Shown here: positions 1 through 10,940 of the stretch, piece by piece
Layout of the letters: every line of letters begins with the position of its first letter
How positions within the stretch are numbered: the stretch's first letter is position 1
Program-made: the position numbers and the translations under genes
Source: Histomonas meleagridis 2922-C6/04-290x
Taxonomy: Eukaryota; Protista; Parabasalia
Reading direction: 5' to 3'
Assembly (NCBI GenBank): GCA_020184695.1
Contig: JAANOX010000186.1
Location: forward strand, 16,645 to 80,644
Length of the DNA stretch: 64,000 nt
Notes under the pieces: model-generated
The model's database searches: none
Told to the model about the DNA's origin: nothing
The model's input: only the letters and a program-made list of their open reading frames with translations

Positions 1-1
1 T

Positions 2-3000
2 GGATTTCAGGTCGAATCTTCTTTGCTTGACCTTGAAAAGGCGATTAATGCACTTTTATACTTTGAACAAAAATATTCACCTTTTCAAGGATATGAAGAT
101 ATGCTCAATTGTTGTCTTGGAGTTATGATTAATTATGGTATTAGAAGTTCAATTGATCTTCTTGAAATGAAAAACAATCAAAATTACCCATTAGGAAAGA
201 AGTTTATGAAGATGATATCCATATTTATATCATTCTATACCCCATACAACAAAGAATTGTTTCTAAAATCATTAATAAAAATCATATCAGATTCATTAGA
301 TGGAATACCAATTAAAATACCAACAATTATATCATCAGAAGGAGAAAAAGAAATTCCTTTAGATGATAACTCACATTTAAGTGCATTAAAATTTCTTATT
401 CAAATGTTAACATTAATAATTGCACAACAAATTTCAACAGATCCGGGACTTCTTTTTATATCTTTTAAATGTATTCGTCATCAGAATAATAGTGTTCAAT
501 ATTTAGGATTAAAACTTTTGTCAAAGATTTCATTTTATTCAATACAAATAGCATTCCAAGAAGTTCGTATTCTAATCGAGTATCTAAAAACTCCTTTTTT
601 AGAAGTTTTTGAAGAATTTCCAAAATCAGATATATTTTGGTCAATATCATTTGACAATTCAATTCGTCATCTTCCTAATGATATCCAAGTATTAATTGGT
701 AGAGAATTACTTGGTATTATATCAGCAGTTCCAGGGATATCAGAACATCAAAACACATCAAAAGTTTTCTTTGATCTTATTGAAAAATTTCTGATAAACG
801 ATAGAACTTCATATCACATTTCATCTCCAATATTTATTAAAATATTTCCAAGTTTTTATATGTCAACAGATTTTATTCGAATCTGTAAACAAATATCAAT
901 CTATGATACCAATTTTTCTAATAAGTTATTAAGGACATATTCGAATGACATTAAATATCTTTATTCGATCTCACAAATTATAAATCTTAAACAAATAAAT
1001 AACTTAATACCAAATGAAAATATGAATCCGATTTATATATATCCATTAATTTCATTATATAAAAATGAAGAAACGATTCCAAAACAACTTAAAAATTATG
1101 TAAAAGAATCGATTTTAATACAATTACCTGAACCACAATATATTAAATCATTATTACCATTTGCATTTGACGAAATACTTTCACAAATTGTTAATTATCC
1201 ACCAAATGATTTTCTTTATATTATTAATTTAATCAAAGATATTAAAAAATGGAATGAAATCCAAAACAATTATCAAGAACAAATACTTCAATATGTAATA
1301 AATTCGGGATCAATTGAATTAATATCATTTATTATATTATATTCCAAACAATATGATAAGTTTAAAGAAATAATTCAACAAAATTCAAGTGATATTAATT
1401 CATATGAATCCAAAAGTTATATTAATGTATTACCAATATTATTTACTAATTTTAATGAATTAATTCCGAGCACATTAATTATAAATTTATTACAAACAAC
1501 AAAATTTTATATTATTAATAATATAATAGAAAACAAAAATTATTGGCAAATATTTCTTCAACAATTTTTACAAATATTTATAGAATCAAATGATTATATA
1601 TTTTCATGTTCATTATATTATTTAAAGAACAATTTAAAGTTACAAGAAATTGTTGTGTTAAATAAATTTTATGTTTCAAGACAAATATATAAATTAATAT
1701 ATGAAAATCAAAACATTAATCAAAAAGATCGATTCATTCGTTATTGTTCTTTATGTAGAGAACAATTCTTTAAGAACTTATTTGGTTTAGATCAATTAAA
1801 ATATAATTTAATACCAGTATTAATTAGTGAAGAAAACATTACACAATTAAATAATTTTTCGAATTTATTAAAGAACTTAAATATAAATATATACAATAAA
1901 ATTAAAAATATTTTAAATAATATAATGAATCAATTTGAAGTAAATACAAATTCTTATAATTTATTATCTGAATTAATTAATAATTTCGAAAAGTTATTAA
2001 ATATATTAAAAAATGATTTATCGAATATATTAAAATATAAAAATAGTAAAATATATTTAAAAGATTTAAATAAGAAAATATTTGATATATTACGAATTCA
2101 TTCCGAAAATATTAATTTCGAGTTAGAAATATTTAAAGAATTAAATCAAATTATAATAAAAATATTTAATATAATTGAACAAGAACCAAATATAATATTT
2201 AATGAAGAAACAATTGATCATAAACCAATTGATTTAATATTATTAAAATTAATCATTACTACAATTAATAATTCATATGAATTAATTAAAACTTCAATTA
2301 ATGATATAATCATTGATTGTTCTTCTAATATATTTATATATTTATTTGGTTATATCAATAAAGAAAATGCTACAAAAGGAATATTAACATTAAATAAATT
2401 AAGTAATGATAAAAATGAACAACATTATGGACATAAATTATTAAAAGAATCGAAATGTTTAGCAGAAGTATCATCACAAGTATTATTATTATTAGGACAT
2501 CCAATTAAAAATATACAAATGTTAGCAATAAATGGTGTTAAAATGTTAGGATCTTTTCATAAAGCATTAAAAATCATAAACATTGATAATAACACAATAA
2601 CTAATAAAAATAAAACAGAAATATTAAGTACCAAATTATGGGAGAAACATTTCTTAAATACAATATTAAAGTTTTCGATAATATTAGGGAATAAAAATGA
2701 ACAAATTTGTTTAAAGTTAATGGTAATTAATTCATTAATCTTTAGTATTAAATCAAATTATTTCATTAATTTAATTGATCAATTTTATCTTAAATTAACT
2801 TCATGTATCGATATTGCTATACAATATAATGAATTACGTAAGAAATGTATTAAATTTTGGATAATTTTCATTAAAGCTATTAAAACTTCAAATACATTAA
2901 TTCGTTTATTCGGTCATGTTGTATCACAAACTATACAATTTTATGATATATATCCTAAAGAAGTTACTGAAATATTAAAACTTTTAATCTTTAATAACTC

Positions 3001-6000
3001 CGAAATAACAAAAGAATATTTTTATCAAATAGTAAATTTACCATTTTTTTATAAACATACTGAATTAAATATCTTTTTAAATGAATTAAAGAAAGGATCC
3101 AATGATAAAGATTGGAAAGAACAAATAAAACAATTATATTTACAATTAAATCAATCATCAATAACATTTCGTAATTTAATATTAATACAAATCCATATAA
3201 TATTACAAAAGAATAATTTAAATGAATTAGATATAAATTTCATTAATAAGTTATTTAAGAAATTATATAAATTAATATTAAATGAGAAAAATAATTACAA
3301 TTTAATATTATGTGGTCAATGTATGGGATTATTAATACCATTTATTAATGATTTTAGTCAACCAGAAGAAGAAATTATTGAGAAAAATGATTATATTAAT
3401 ATAATATATAAATTAATTAATGATTATTTAATTAATATACTTGAAGATTCTTCAACTATTTCTAATCATGATCATTCTGCTTATGTAATTCAAGAATTAT
3501 TAAAACTTTTAGGTTGTAATAATAATGATAATAATAATAAAAATTGGAATTTATTTCCTAATTATATTAAAACTATTATAAATCCATTTAGAAAATCGAC
3601 TTTTATAGCAGAAATGATTAAACCTTTAAATATTAATAAAGATTATATACCAATTAAAGAAAATAATTCATTTAATAATTGGTTACCTTTATTTACATTA
3701 AATTTATTATCGATATTAATTAATGATAAACAAATTAAAACTATAAATCAAATATTCTTTTGTTGTAATAAAGTATTAAAAGATTCATTATCAATTAATA
3801 AGTTTATATTACCATATATCATTGCAAATAATTATGAGAATGAATATTTCTTAAAAGTATTACGTATTGAATGGGAAACAATTTTTGGGAAAATAATTAC
3901 AAAAAATAATTCAAATGAAATTATATTCTTAAGACAAATAATTTCATTATATTTTTCATTATTTGATAAATTATATAAATGGAATATAACACCTGGAGAA
4001 ATTAAACGTAGAATTAATTGGCCGATATTAAAAATAGCAAATGATTTCGATTTATCTATAGCTGCATATAAATGTAAATTATATTATCATTCATTACAAC
4101 ATTTAGAGTTTTATATCTTTGATAATAAAATATATAATTTTTTGGATATACCTGAAATTAAAGATTTACTTCAATCAATTTATATACATATTGATGAAGA
4201 TTCATTAGAAATATTTAATGATATAAATAATAATCAAAATATTGAAGACTTTTCGACAAAAGAAATCCAAATATTTTTTAATGATAATGATATTAATATT
4301 AATAATAAAATACAATTCATAAAGAAATTAATGAAATTTGGTCGTTATGAAAGAGCTTTAAATGATTCAATATCATTAAAAACGAAATATCCATTTAATG
4401 AGAAATTAAATATTATAATTTCAAATGCTTCAATTCGATTATTTAAATGGGATATAATTAATGATTTAGATATGAAAAACTTAAAAAATTTATCAATACA
4501 AAATAAATTTGATTTATCTATGGGTAAATTATTAATTTCAATTAAAAATAATATAAATAATAATTTATTCATAAAGAAAATTAATAATTTACGTAAATAT
4601 TTATATCAAATATTAAAAAATAATTCAATAATTTCATATCCGAAAATTACATCAATTTTAATATTATATAATTTACTTGATGAAATTGAAGAAATCCAAA
4701 GAACTAAAACAATACCAAATAATTGGAATCAATTTCCTTATTATAATAATACAATAAATATCGATATAATTGAACAAATTACTTCAATTAAATGTTCTTT
4801 AATTAATTTGATTATAAATGATAAAGAAAAATCAAATTTATTAATCTCTAAACAATGGTTATATGTCTCTAAAATATCACGAAAAAACAATTTATTATAT
4901 AAAGCTGAAATGTATTGTATTCGAGCAATGGAATTTTCGACTAATAATGAAATCCAAAAATCAAATTGTAAATATGAATTATCGAAAATATTATATTTAA
5001 AACCTAAAAATGGGATTCAAGCGTTAACATTATTACAACAAATATCTAAAAGTAATAATATATTAAATTCTAAAATATTATATAAACAATCTAAATGGAT
5101 GATAGATTTAAACACGTCTAATTTTAATGAATTAAATGAAATCTTAAATAAAGTAATCCAAAATAATATAAATGATAATAATAACTTAAGTAAAACTTAT
5201 TTTACTTTAGCTAATTTAATAGATCAAAGAATTATTTCTTATGTACATTATTTAGAACAATTATCATTTGATCCAGTTACTTCTCATATTCGTAATAAAA
5301 CAAATTCAACAAAATTTTGGAATTCATCAACATCAATTGAATATATCACTGATTTCTTTAAAGAACAAATACCATTAGCATTAAAGAATTATATCGAATC
5401 ATTAAAATATTCATCGAAATATTCATATGAAATAATACCACGAATTTTAGAGTTATTTTTTGATATTGGTAAATTATTTATAGAAGAAAATAATAACTTT
5501 AAACAAATTAATAAAAAACAAAAAGATTTAATCTTAACAGAGATCAAAAACTCAATGAAAACTATTGATAAAATTCCATCGAAAGTTTGGATTAAATCAA
5601 TAACACAATTAACTTCACGTATTGAACAACCTAAAGAATTAGAGAATATGTTATATAAATTATTACGGATATGTTGTGAAGATTATTTACAACAATCATT
5701 ATGGAACTTAATGACGTTATTACAAAGTGAATCGAGTACACGTAAAAATCGTTTTAATACATTTTGGGAATATGTTCAATCAGATTTAGAGAACAAATAT
5801 GGGAATAATATTATTAATATATATAATAACTTTATCCAAATTACAACTGAAATAATAAATTTATGTAAAATCCAATCAAATAATTCACGTAATAAAACTA
5901 TTGATTCTAATAAATATTGTCCGAAACTTCAAACAATATTTAAACAAGAGAATTTACCAATATTAATTCCTTTATCATTAACATTATTCCAAGGAATTAA

Positions 6001-7033
6001 TGACATATATATAAAAGAAATATCGAAAAATATCATTGTAATAAACTCATTACAAAAACCTAAAAAAATCGAATTAATTGCTTCGAATGGTATCACTTAT
6101 CATTTCTTATGTAAGAAAGATGATGACATTCGTAAAGATATGCGAATGATGGAATTTGCGAACTTCATTAATATCATATTAATGAATAATCCATTATCAA
6201 AACAACGGAACTTATCATTAATTACTTACGCAGTAATATGTTTAAATGAACGTTGTGGAATGATCGAATGGGTTGAGAACACTACAGGTTTTCGAAATGT
6301 TATTGAAACCATTTATAATGAACAAAACCTTAAAATCGATTCCAATTTAATGAAAGAATTACAAAAAGAAAACGTGAAAAAAGATCCAAAAATTAACTTA
6401 AAAAAACAAAAATTATTTAAAGAAAAATTAAAGAATTTCCCTCCTGTATTACATATTTGGTTTGCAACAAACTTCAAAAATATTTCAAAATGGTTTCACT
6501 CACAAATATTATTCGCAAGATCAACTGCCGTTTGGTCGATGGTTGGTTATATCATTGGTTTAGGTGATCGACATGCAGAAAATATTTTAATTAACCAAAA
6601 AACTGGAGGTTGTGTACACGTTGACTTTAATTGTATATTCGATAAGGCGAAGACGTTACCGGTGCCTGAATGTGTCCCGTTTAGAATGACACAAAACATA
6701 GCCGATGGAATGGGGGTACTCGGAACTAACGGTAACTTTGATGTGGCGGCTAAAATAGTATTGAAAGTTTTGAGAGACAAAAAACAAAAACTGCTATCGG
6801 TGCTGCAGCCGTTTATTCACGACCCTTTGTTGGAATGGAAAAAGGTAAGTAAGGAAACAACAGTGGCAACGGCGAAAATGACACTGAAGGAAATCGATAG
6901 AAGACTGTCGGGTCTAGCTGAAGATAGATCTGTGATATTGGCACCAGAGTGTATAGTGAAGGAATTGGTGAAACAGGCAACGGACCCCGACAACTTGGCA
7001 CTGATGTTCTATGGATGGCAGCCGTACTATTAA
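2..7033 (+). CDS. ATR: ATR/Mec1-type PIKK serine/threonine kinase (5' end lies upstream of the window)
   Basis: Frame is open from base 2. C-terminal FAT-kinase-FATC layout with ATR-type motifs FLCKKDDDIRKDMRMMEF, VGYIIGLGDRHAENIL, CVHVDFNCIF, VPECVPFRMT and FATC LMFYGWQPYY. Confidence 0.9.
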   Translation, partial: GFQVESSLLDLEKAINALLYFEQKYSPFQGYEDMLNCCLGVMINYGIRSSIDLLEMKNNQNYPLGKKFMKMISIFISFYTPYNKELFLKSLIKIISDSLDGIPIKIPTIISSEGEKEIPLDDNSHLSALKFLIQMLTLIIAQQISTDPGLLFISFKCIRHQNNSVQYLGLKLLSKISFYSIQIAFQEVRILIEYLKTPFLEVFEEFPKSDIFWSISFDNSIRHLPNDIQVLIGRELLGIISAVPGISEHQNTSKVFFDLIEKFLINDRTSYHISSPIFIKIFPSFYMSTDFIRICKQISIYDTNFSNKLLRTYSNDIKYLYSISQIINLKQINNLIPNENMNPIYIYPLISLYKNEETIPKQLKNYVKESILIQLPEPQYIKSLLPFAFDEILSQIVNYPPNDFLYIINLIKDIKKWNEIQNNYQEQILQYVINSGSIELISFIILYSKQYDKFKEIIQQNSSDINSYESKSYINVLPILFTNFNELIPSTLIINLLQTTKFYIINNIIENKNYWQIFLQQFLQIFIESNDYIFSCSLYYLKNNLKLQEIVVLNKFYVSRQIYKLIYENQNINQKDRFIRYCSLCREQFFKNLFGLDQLKYNLIPVLISEENITQLNNFSNLLKNLNINIYNKIKNILNNIMNQFEVNTNSYNLLSELINNFEKLLNILKNDLSNILKYKNSKIYLKDLNKKIFDILRIHSENINFELEIFKELNQIIIKIFNIIEQEPNIIFNEETIDHKPIDLILLKLIITTINNSYELIKTSINDIIIDCSSNIFIYLFGYINKENATKGILTLNKLSNDKNEQHYGHKLLKESKCLAEVSSQVLLLLGHPIKNIQMLAINGVKMLGSFHKALKIINIDNNTITNKNKTEILSTKLWEKHFLNTILKFSIILGNKNEQICLKLMVINSLIFSIKSNYFINLIDQFYLKLTSCIDIAIQYNELRKKCIKFWIIFIKAIKTSNTLIRLFGHVVSQTIQFYDIYPKEVTEILKLLIFNNSEITKEYFYQIVNLPFFYKHTELNIFLNELKKGSNDKDWKEQIKQLYLQLNQSSITFRNLILIQIHIILQKNNLNELDINFINKLFKKLYKLILNEKNNYNLILCGQCMGLLIPFINDFSQPEEEIIEKNDYINIIYKLINDYLINILEDSSTISNHDHSAYVIQELLKLLGCNNNDNNNKNWNLFPNYIKTIINPFRKSTFIAEMIKPLNINKDYIPIKENNSFNNWLPLFTLNLLSILINDKQIKTINQIFFCCNKVLKDSLSINKFILPYIIANNYENEYFLKVLRIEWETIFGKIITKNNSNEIIFLRQIISLYFSLFDKLYKWNITPGEIKRRINWPILKIANDFDLSIAAYKCKLYYHSLQHLEFYIFDNKIYNFLDIPEIKDLLQSIYIHIDEDSLEIFNDINNNQNIEDFSTKEIQIFFNDNDININNKIQFIKKLMKFGRYERALNDSISLKTKYPFNEKLNIIISNASIRLFKWDIINDLDMKNLKNLSIQNKFDLSMGKLLISIKNNINNNLFIKKINNLRKYLYQILKNNSIISYPKITSILILYNLLDEIEEIQRTKTIPNNWNQFPYYNNTINIDIIEQITSIKCSLINLIINDKEKSNLLISKQWLYVSKISRKNNLLYKAEMYCIRAMEFSTNNEIQKSNCKYELSKILYLKPKNGIQALTLLQQISKSNNILNSKILYKQSKWMIDLNTSNFNELNEILNKVIQNNINDNNNLSKTYFTLANLIDQRIISYVHYLEQLSFDPVTSHIRNKTNSTKFWNSSTSIEYITDFFKEQIPLALKNYIESLKYSSKYSYEIIPRILELFFDIGKLFIEENNNFKQINKKQKDLILTEIKNSMKTIDKIPSKVWIKSITQLTSRIEQPKELENMLYKLLRICCEDYLQQSLWNLMTLLQSESSTRKNRFNTFWEYVQSDLENKYGNNIINIYNNFIQITTEIINLCKIQSNNSRNKTIDSNKYCPKLQTIFKQENLPILIPLSLTLFQGINDIYIKEISKNIIVINSLQKPKKIELIASNGITYHFLCKKDDDIRKDMRMMEFANFINIILMNNPLSKQRNLSLITYAVICLNERCGMIEWVENTTGFRNVIETIYNEQNLKIDSNLMKELQKENVKKDPKINLKKQKLFKEKLKNFPPVLHIWFATNFKNISKWFHSQILFARSTAVWSMVGYIIGLGDRHAENILINQKTGGCVHVDFNCIFDKAKTLPVPECVPFRMTQNIADGMGVLGTNGNFDVAAKIVLKVLRDKKQKLLSVLQPFIHDPLLEWKKVSKETTVATAKMTLKEIDRRLSGLAEDRSVILAPECIVKELVKQATDPDNLALMFYGWQPYY

Positions 7034-7069
7034 ATATGTTATTATATAAAAAAAAATTTTTTTGAGAAT

Positions 7070-7198
7070 TCAAAAATTAAAATTATTATTACGTTGCTGT
7101 GGTGAAGAGGAATTGTGAACGAAGAATTCCATTTGTTGGCGAATGACTTCCAACGAGATCAAAGTGTCGTTTTGAGTACGAAATTTTGAATCAATCAT
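7070..7198 (-). CDS. Possible 42-aa small ORF (MIDSKFRTQNDTLISLEVIRQQMEFFVHNSSSPQQRNNNFNF)
   Basis: Read by hand: ATG at 7198-7196, TGA at 7072-7070. Locally higher GC than flanks. No recognisable domain. Confidence 0.25.
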   Translation of the reverse strand: MIDSKFRTQNDTLISLEVIRQQMEFFVHNSSSPQQRNNNFNF

Positions 7199-7641
7199 TG
7201 TCTGTGTTTATTTCCGAAGTTTAAAATGTTTTTTTCTTTAAAAATAATCATTTAATCATTTAAAATGATCATTTGTCGGAAACATTATTATATACATCGA
7301 TCATTTTCGAAATCTTTGCTGATTTGTTCGTTATACTACTTTATGATAGAGAATTCGGCATTTATTGGATGTTTAATTCTTAATTTTACTTATTGGAATA
7401 TACACACGCATATTATGCTTAAAATGAATCCACAATGATCACTAAAGTAGATGGGATTCCAATCAAATTTAATATTTTGGCTATTTAATATATATGAATG
7501 ATCAGAGCAATGCAAAGGAAGAAACAAAATGTAGCTGTCCATCACATAAACTTTGTAAATACCTATGTTTTAATTGATAAAAAAAGAAGTTTCCAAACTC
7601 ATTTACTAGGTTTTGGTTGGATCCGACTATCTCACGGACAC

Positions 7642-8994
7642 TCAGATAACTCCTTGGTGTAACATTGCATTGGCAACTTTCATGAAACCTGCGATGTTTG
7701 CACCCTTGACGTAGTTAACATAGCCGTCTGGCTCTGTTCCATACTTGACGCATTGAGCGTGAATTGAAGAGATGATTAAGTGCAATTTTGCATCGACTTC
7801 ATCAGCAGTCCAGCTAAGGTGCATAGCGTTTTGTGTCATTTCAAGACCAGATGTAGCAACACCACCTGCATTGACAGCTTTTCCTGGTGCGAACAAAAGC
7901 TTGTGTTCAATAAAGTAGTCAACGGCTTCGGCCGTGCAACCCATATTAGAGATTTCACCAACACAGATAACACCATTGTTAACAATGTTACGTGCATCTT
8001 CAATGTTAAGTTCGTTTTGTGTTGCGCAGGTAAGACAGATATCAACTTTGACTTCCCATGGATGTTTGCCTGGAACAAACTTAGCATTTGGATACTTCTC
8101 AGCATATGGTGCAACAATATCGTTGCCTGAATTACGAAGTTCAAGCATGAAATCAATCTTATCTCCAGAAACACCATCAGGATCATAAACATAACCATCA
8201 GGACCAGAAAGTGTAACAACTTTAGCACCAAGTTGTGTGGCTTTGAGGGCTGCACCCCATGCAACATTACCAAATCCAGAAATGGCAACAGTCTTTCCTG
8301 CAATTGGGATTCCCTTTCTTTCGAGCATCTTGTTGACGAAGTAAAGTGCACCGAATCCAGTAGCTTCTGGGCGAATTAATGATCCACCAAATTCAAGGCC
8401 TTTACCAGTGAAGGTACCATCGAATTGACGTGAAAGCTTCTTGTAAATACCACACATGTAACCAATTTCACGAGTACCAACACCAATATCACCTGCTGGG
8501 ATATCAAGATTTGGTCCAAGCATACGCCAAAGTTCAATAACAAAGGCTTGGCAGAAACGCATGATTTCACCATCACTCTTTCCACGAGGTGAAAAATCTG
8601 AACCTCCCTTAGCACCACCCATAGGAAGTGTTGTTAAAGCATTCTTAAATGTTTGTTCGAAACCAAGGAACTTAAGAATGGAAAGGTTAACAGATTCATG
8701 GAAACGAATACCGCCCTTATATGGACCACCAGCGTTGTTGAATTGGACACGATAACCAATGTTAGTTTGAACTTCTCCTTTATCATCAACCCAGTTTACA
8801 CGGAATGATAAAATGCGATCTGGTTCAACAAGTCTTTCAAGGATTTTATTTTTCTGAAATTCTGGGTGTTGGTTATATACATCCTTAATGCTTGTAATAA
8901 CCTCACGAACTGCTTGGTGGAATTCAGGTTCGTTCGGGTGCTTTTTTATAAGGTTGGCCATAAATTCTTCGACGTCCAATGGCTTGCAAGTCAT
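7642..8994 (-). CDS. gdh: NAD(P)-specific glutamate dehydrogenase, Bacteroidetes-like
   Basis: Motifs GPYKGGIRFH, PMGGAKGGSDF, DIPAGDIGVG, RPEATGFG, GFGNVAWG, PGKAVNAGGVATSGLEM. Start placed at the ATG of MTCKPL (8994), which has an Inr-like TCATTT just upstream. The longer ORF-track extension is probably not translated. Confidence 0.97.
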   Translation of the reverse strand: MTCKPLDVEEFMANLIKKHPNEPEFHQAVREVITSIKDVYNQHPEFQKNKILERLVEPDRILSFRVNWVDDKGEVQTNIGYRVQFNNAGGPYKGGIRFHESVNLSILKFLGFEQTFKNALTTLPMGGAKGGSDFSPRGKSDGEIMRFCQAFVIELWRMLGPNLDIPAGDIGVGTREIGYMCGIYKKLSRQFDGTFTGKGLEFGGSLIRPEATGFGALYFVNKMLERKGIPIAGKTVAISGFGNVAWGAALKATQLGAKVVTLSGPDGYVYDPDGVSGDKIDFMLELRNSGNDIVAPYAEKYPNAKFVPGKHPWEVKVDICLTCATQNELNIEDARNIVNNGVICVGEISNMGCTAEAVDYFIEHKLLFAPGKAVNAGGVATSGLEMTQNAMHLSWTADEVDAKLHLIISSIHAQCVKYGTEPDGYVNYVKGANIAGFMKVANAMLHQGVI

Positions 8995-8999
8995 GGAAG

Positions 9000-9005
9000 A
9001 AATGA
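9000..9005 (-). promoter_or_regulatory. Parabasalid initiator (Inr)-like element upstream of GDH
   Basis: TCATTT a few nt upstream of the ATG. Similar elements: TCACTT at 45279-45284 (+, OST48), TCATTT at 55212-55217 (-, dehydratase) and TCATTT at 62584-62589 (+). The motif is short, so support is positional only. Confidence 0.5.
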
Positions 9006-9918
9006 ACCAAAAAAAGTTGTTTTTTAAGAAATTGAAAATTTCAATTAAAAACAATGAGGTTTTGAGAAGAACGATGTGACTAGCAAAGAATGTCATATCA
9101 CATCACATATTGGCTGGTTTCTTTCAAATTTGAATACATAATATCGTTTTTGATTGCTCATTTTAAAATCTCGTGTCTTTCAATTTTGAGAAAGCAAAAT
9201 TTTGTAAGCGGTTTCATGTAACTACCGGCTGAGGAACGAAAGAAGTACAGCTTTTTGATTGACGTAACTGCTCATTGAAAAACCGGTGCTGTGCCCACAA
9301 AAAATGCCTCAAGCGTTGTTTTGAAAGCTTAAGTTATCATTCCTTCCTAAAATGTGCTTTTTAAATATCAAATTCATGTGATATTTGGTGAATTTAAATC
9401 TAATATCAAAGACAAAACTTTAAAGCAAAAATTATAATAAATTCAAAGGACACCCATGTAGAATGACAAATAAATCTAAAAAATTGGTTTCTTAAGTTAT
9501 CAAATAATAACATATAGAAGTAGATTTAAAATCAGAATTAACTGGTCCAAGTGATAAACTCAACAAGAGTATTCTTGCTGATTCATTGTTGTAAATTATT
9601 CAAAAAACATATATTCATTATTGAAAAATGCTTCTAAAATGCTTTACTTGGAACTGACACAAAAGCACTTGTACGTCTTTTTATTGTTTATAAAAGAATA
9701 ATGTATTTTATTCATTTGTTAACCAAATATCTTTATCGTAATGGCCAAGCTTGCTTAAGCCAACCATTATTTTTATCATAAATTTCTAAGAGGTTTAAGT
9801 TTACAATTAGAAAATTAAGTAAAAAAAAATCATCTTGAAACGTATTTACGTTTTAGCTCTTATTTGAATTCTACTTAATGAATAACATATATCAATGAAG
9901 ACCAGTTCATGCTAATGG

Positions 9919-10682
9919 ATGTTTGACGTTCCTCAATACCAACCAGAAGAAGAATTTAATCCATTTTCTTCTCCAAGTGTCCAACAAGAATCGTCATCTC
10001 AACCTTCAATTGTACCTTCTAGCGAACCTGTAGAAGTGGCTGATGAAGTTGAAGGATTGGATTCAGAAGGAAATTCATTTGTTCAGCGCCTTAAAAATTG
10101 TCTCAAATCCATCCAAACAACAATCGAGAGCACGAAGAAGGACAAAGTTACGCTTTCTGATCTTGAAAGGTGACAATCCGCTGCACTTAGTAGCGAGCAA
10201 TATGAACTTGCTGATCAACTTAATGCATCAATCACTCGCACCAAGAATCTCATCAATGAGCAACAAAACACATTTATTCAGTCTCTCTCCAACGCCTTTT
10301 CAATTTCGAATGATGCACCTGGTCATTTACTTTCACATGCTGCAGCATCACAAAATGAACTTCCTCAGCTCCGCGTTCGGAAGTCAGCGTTAGACAAGCA
10401 CAATATTTGCAACTCGATTATCGAATTTTATAATAAGTTTACCGAAGAAATGAAAACATTGTTCGACATTTCCCCATTACTCGAAATGTTGCAAATTGCA
10501 CAAGAAAACATTCATGTTCCCAAAGTTAAGAGCAAAGATGAAATTGAAGAAGAAATTCGGAATTTAATGCGAAATTAGAAGAAATTATAGCGCAAGATGA
10601 CTTCGACGCAGCAGCACAAATACAGAATCAAATAGACGCATTGAACGTGAAATTACAAAAGTTCACAACAATAAATAAATGA
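9919..10682 (+). pseudogene. Disrupted gene with C-terminal UVR (UvrB/C)-like coiled-coil motif
   Basis: Coding-like frame continues past an in-frame TGA (10171-10173) as QSAALSSEQYELADQL...EEEIRNL. A 1-nt shift near 10567 then gives AKLEEIIAQDDFDAAAQIQNQIDAL, which resembles a UVR motif. Ends at TGA 10680-10682. Confidence 0.6.
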
Positions 10683-10760
10683 ATAAATGAAATATATGTT
10701 AATAATTTCTGTTTTTATGATGAACTATCAAATTGACTTCGAGTTGACTGAAAGCACTAC

Positions 10761-10832
10761 AGAAACATCATAACTTTATAGAGACATCATAACTTTATAG
10801 AGACATTATAACTTTATAGAAACGTTGTAACT
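10761..10832. repeat. 19-nt tandem repeat, about 3.7 copies (AGA[A/G]ACAT[C/T]ATAACTTTAT)
   Basis: Copies start at 10761, 10780, 10799 and 10818. Confidence 0.9.
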
Positions 10833-10940
10833 TGTTTCGATTAAATGAACAATTGGGGTAAGATGTTAAATTAACGTATTGAAACATCTACCACTTGGGT
10901 AAAAAGTTCGCGTTATATGGTCTTTATTTGGGGTTTTCTT

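Noticed and set aside
9222-9262. Hammerhead-like core CTGAGGA-AC-GAAA upstream of GDH
   Set aside because: There is no stem II (2-nt linker), stem III is weak, and the sequences that should form stem I do not pair.
10171-10173. In-frame TGA as evidence for selenocysteine or an alternative genetic code
   Set aside because: It is a single instance in a gene that also has a frameshift, no SECIS-like structure was seen, and TGA ends other genes here (e.g. 62151-62153).
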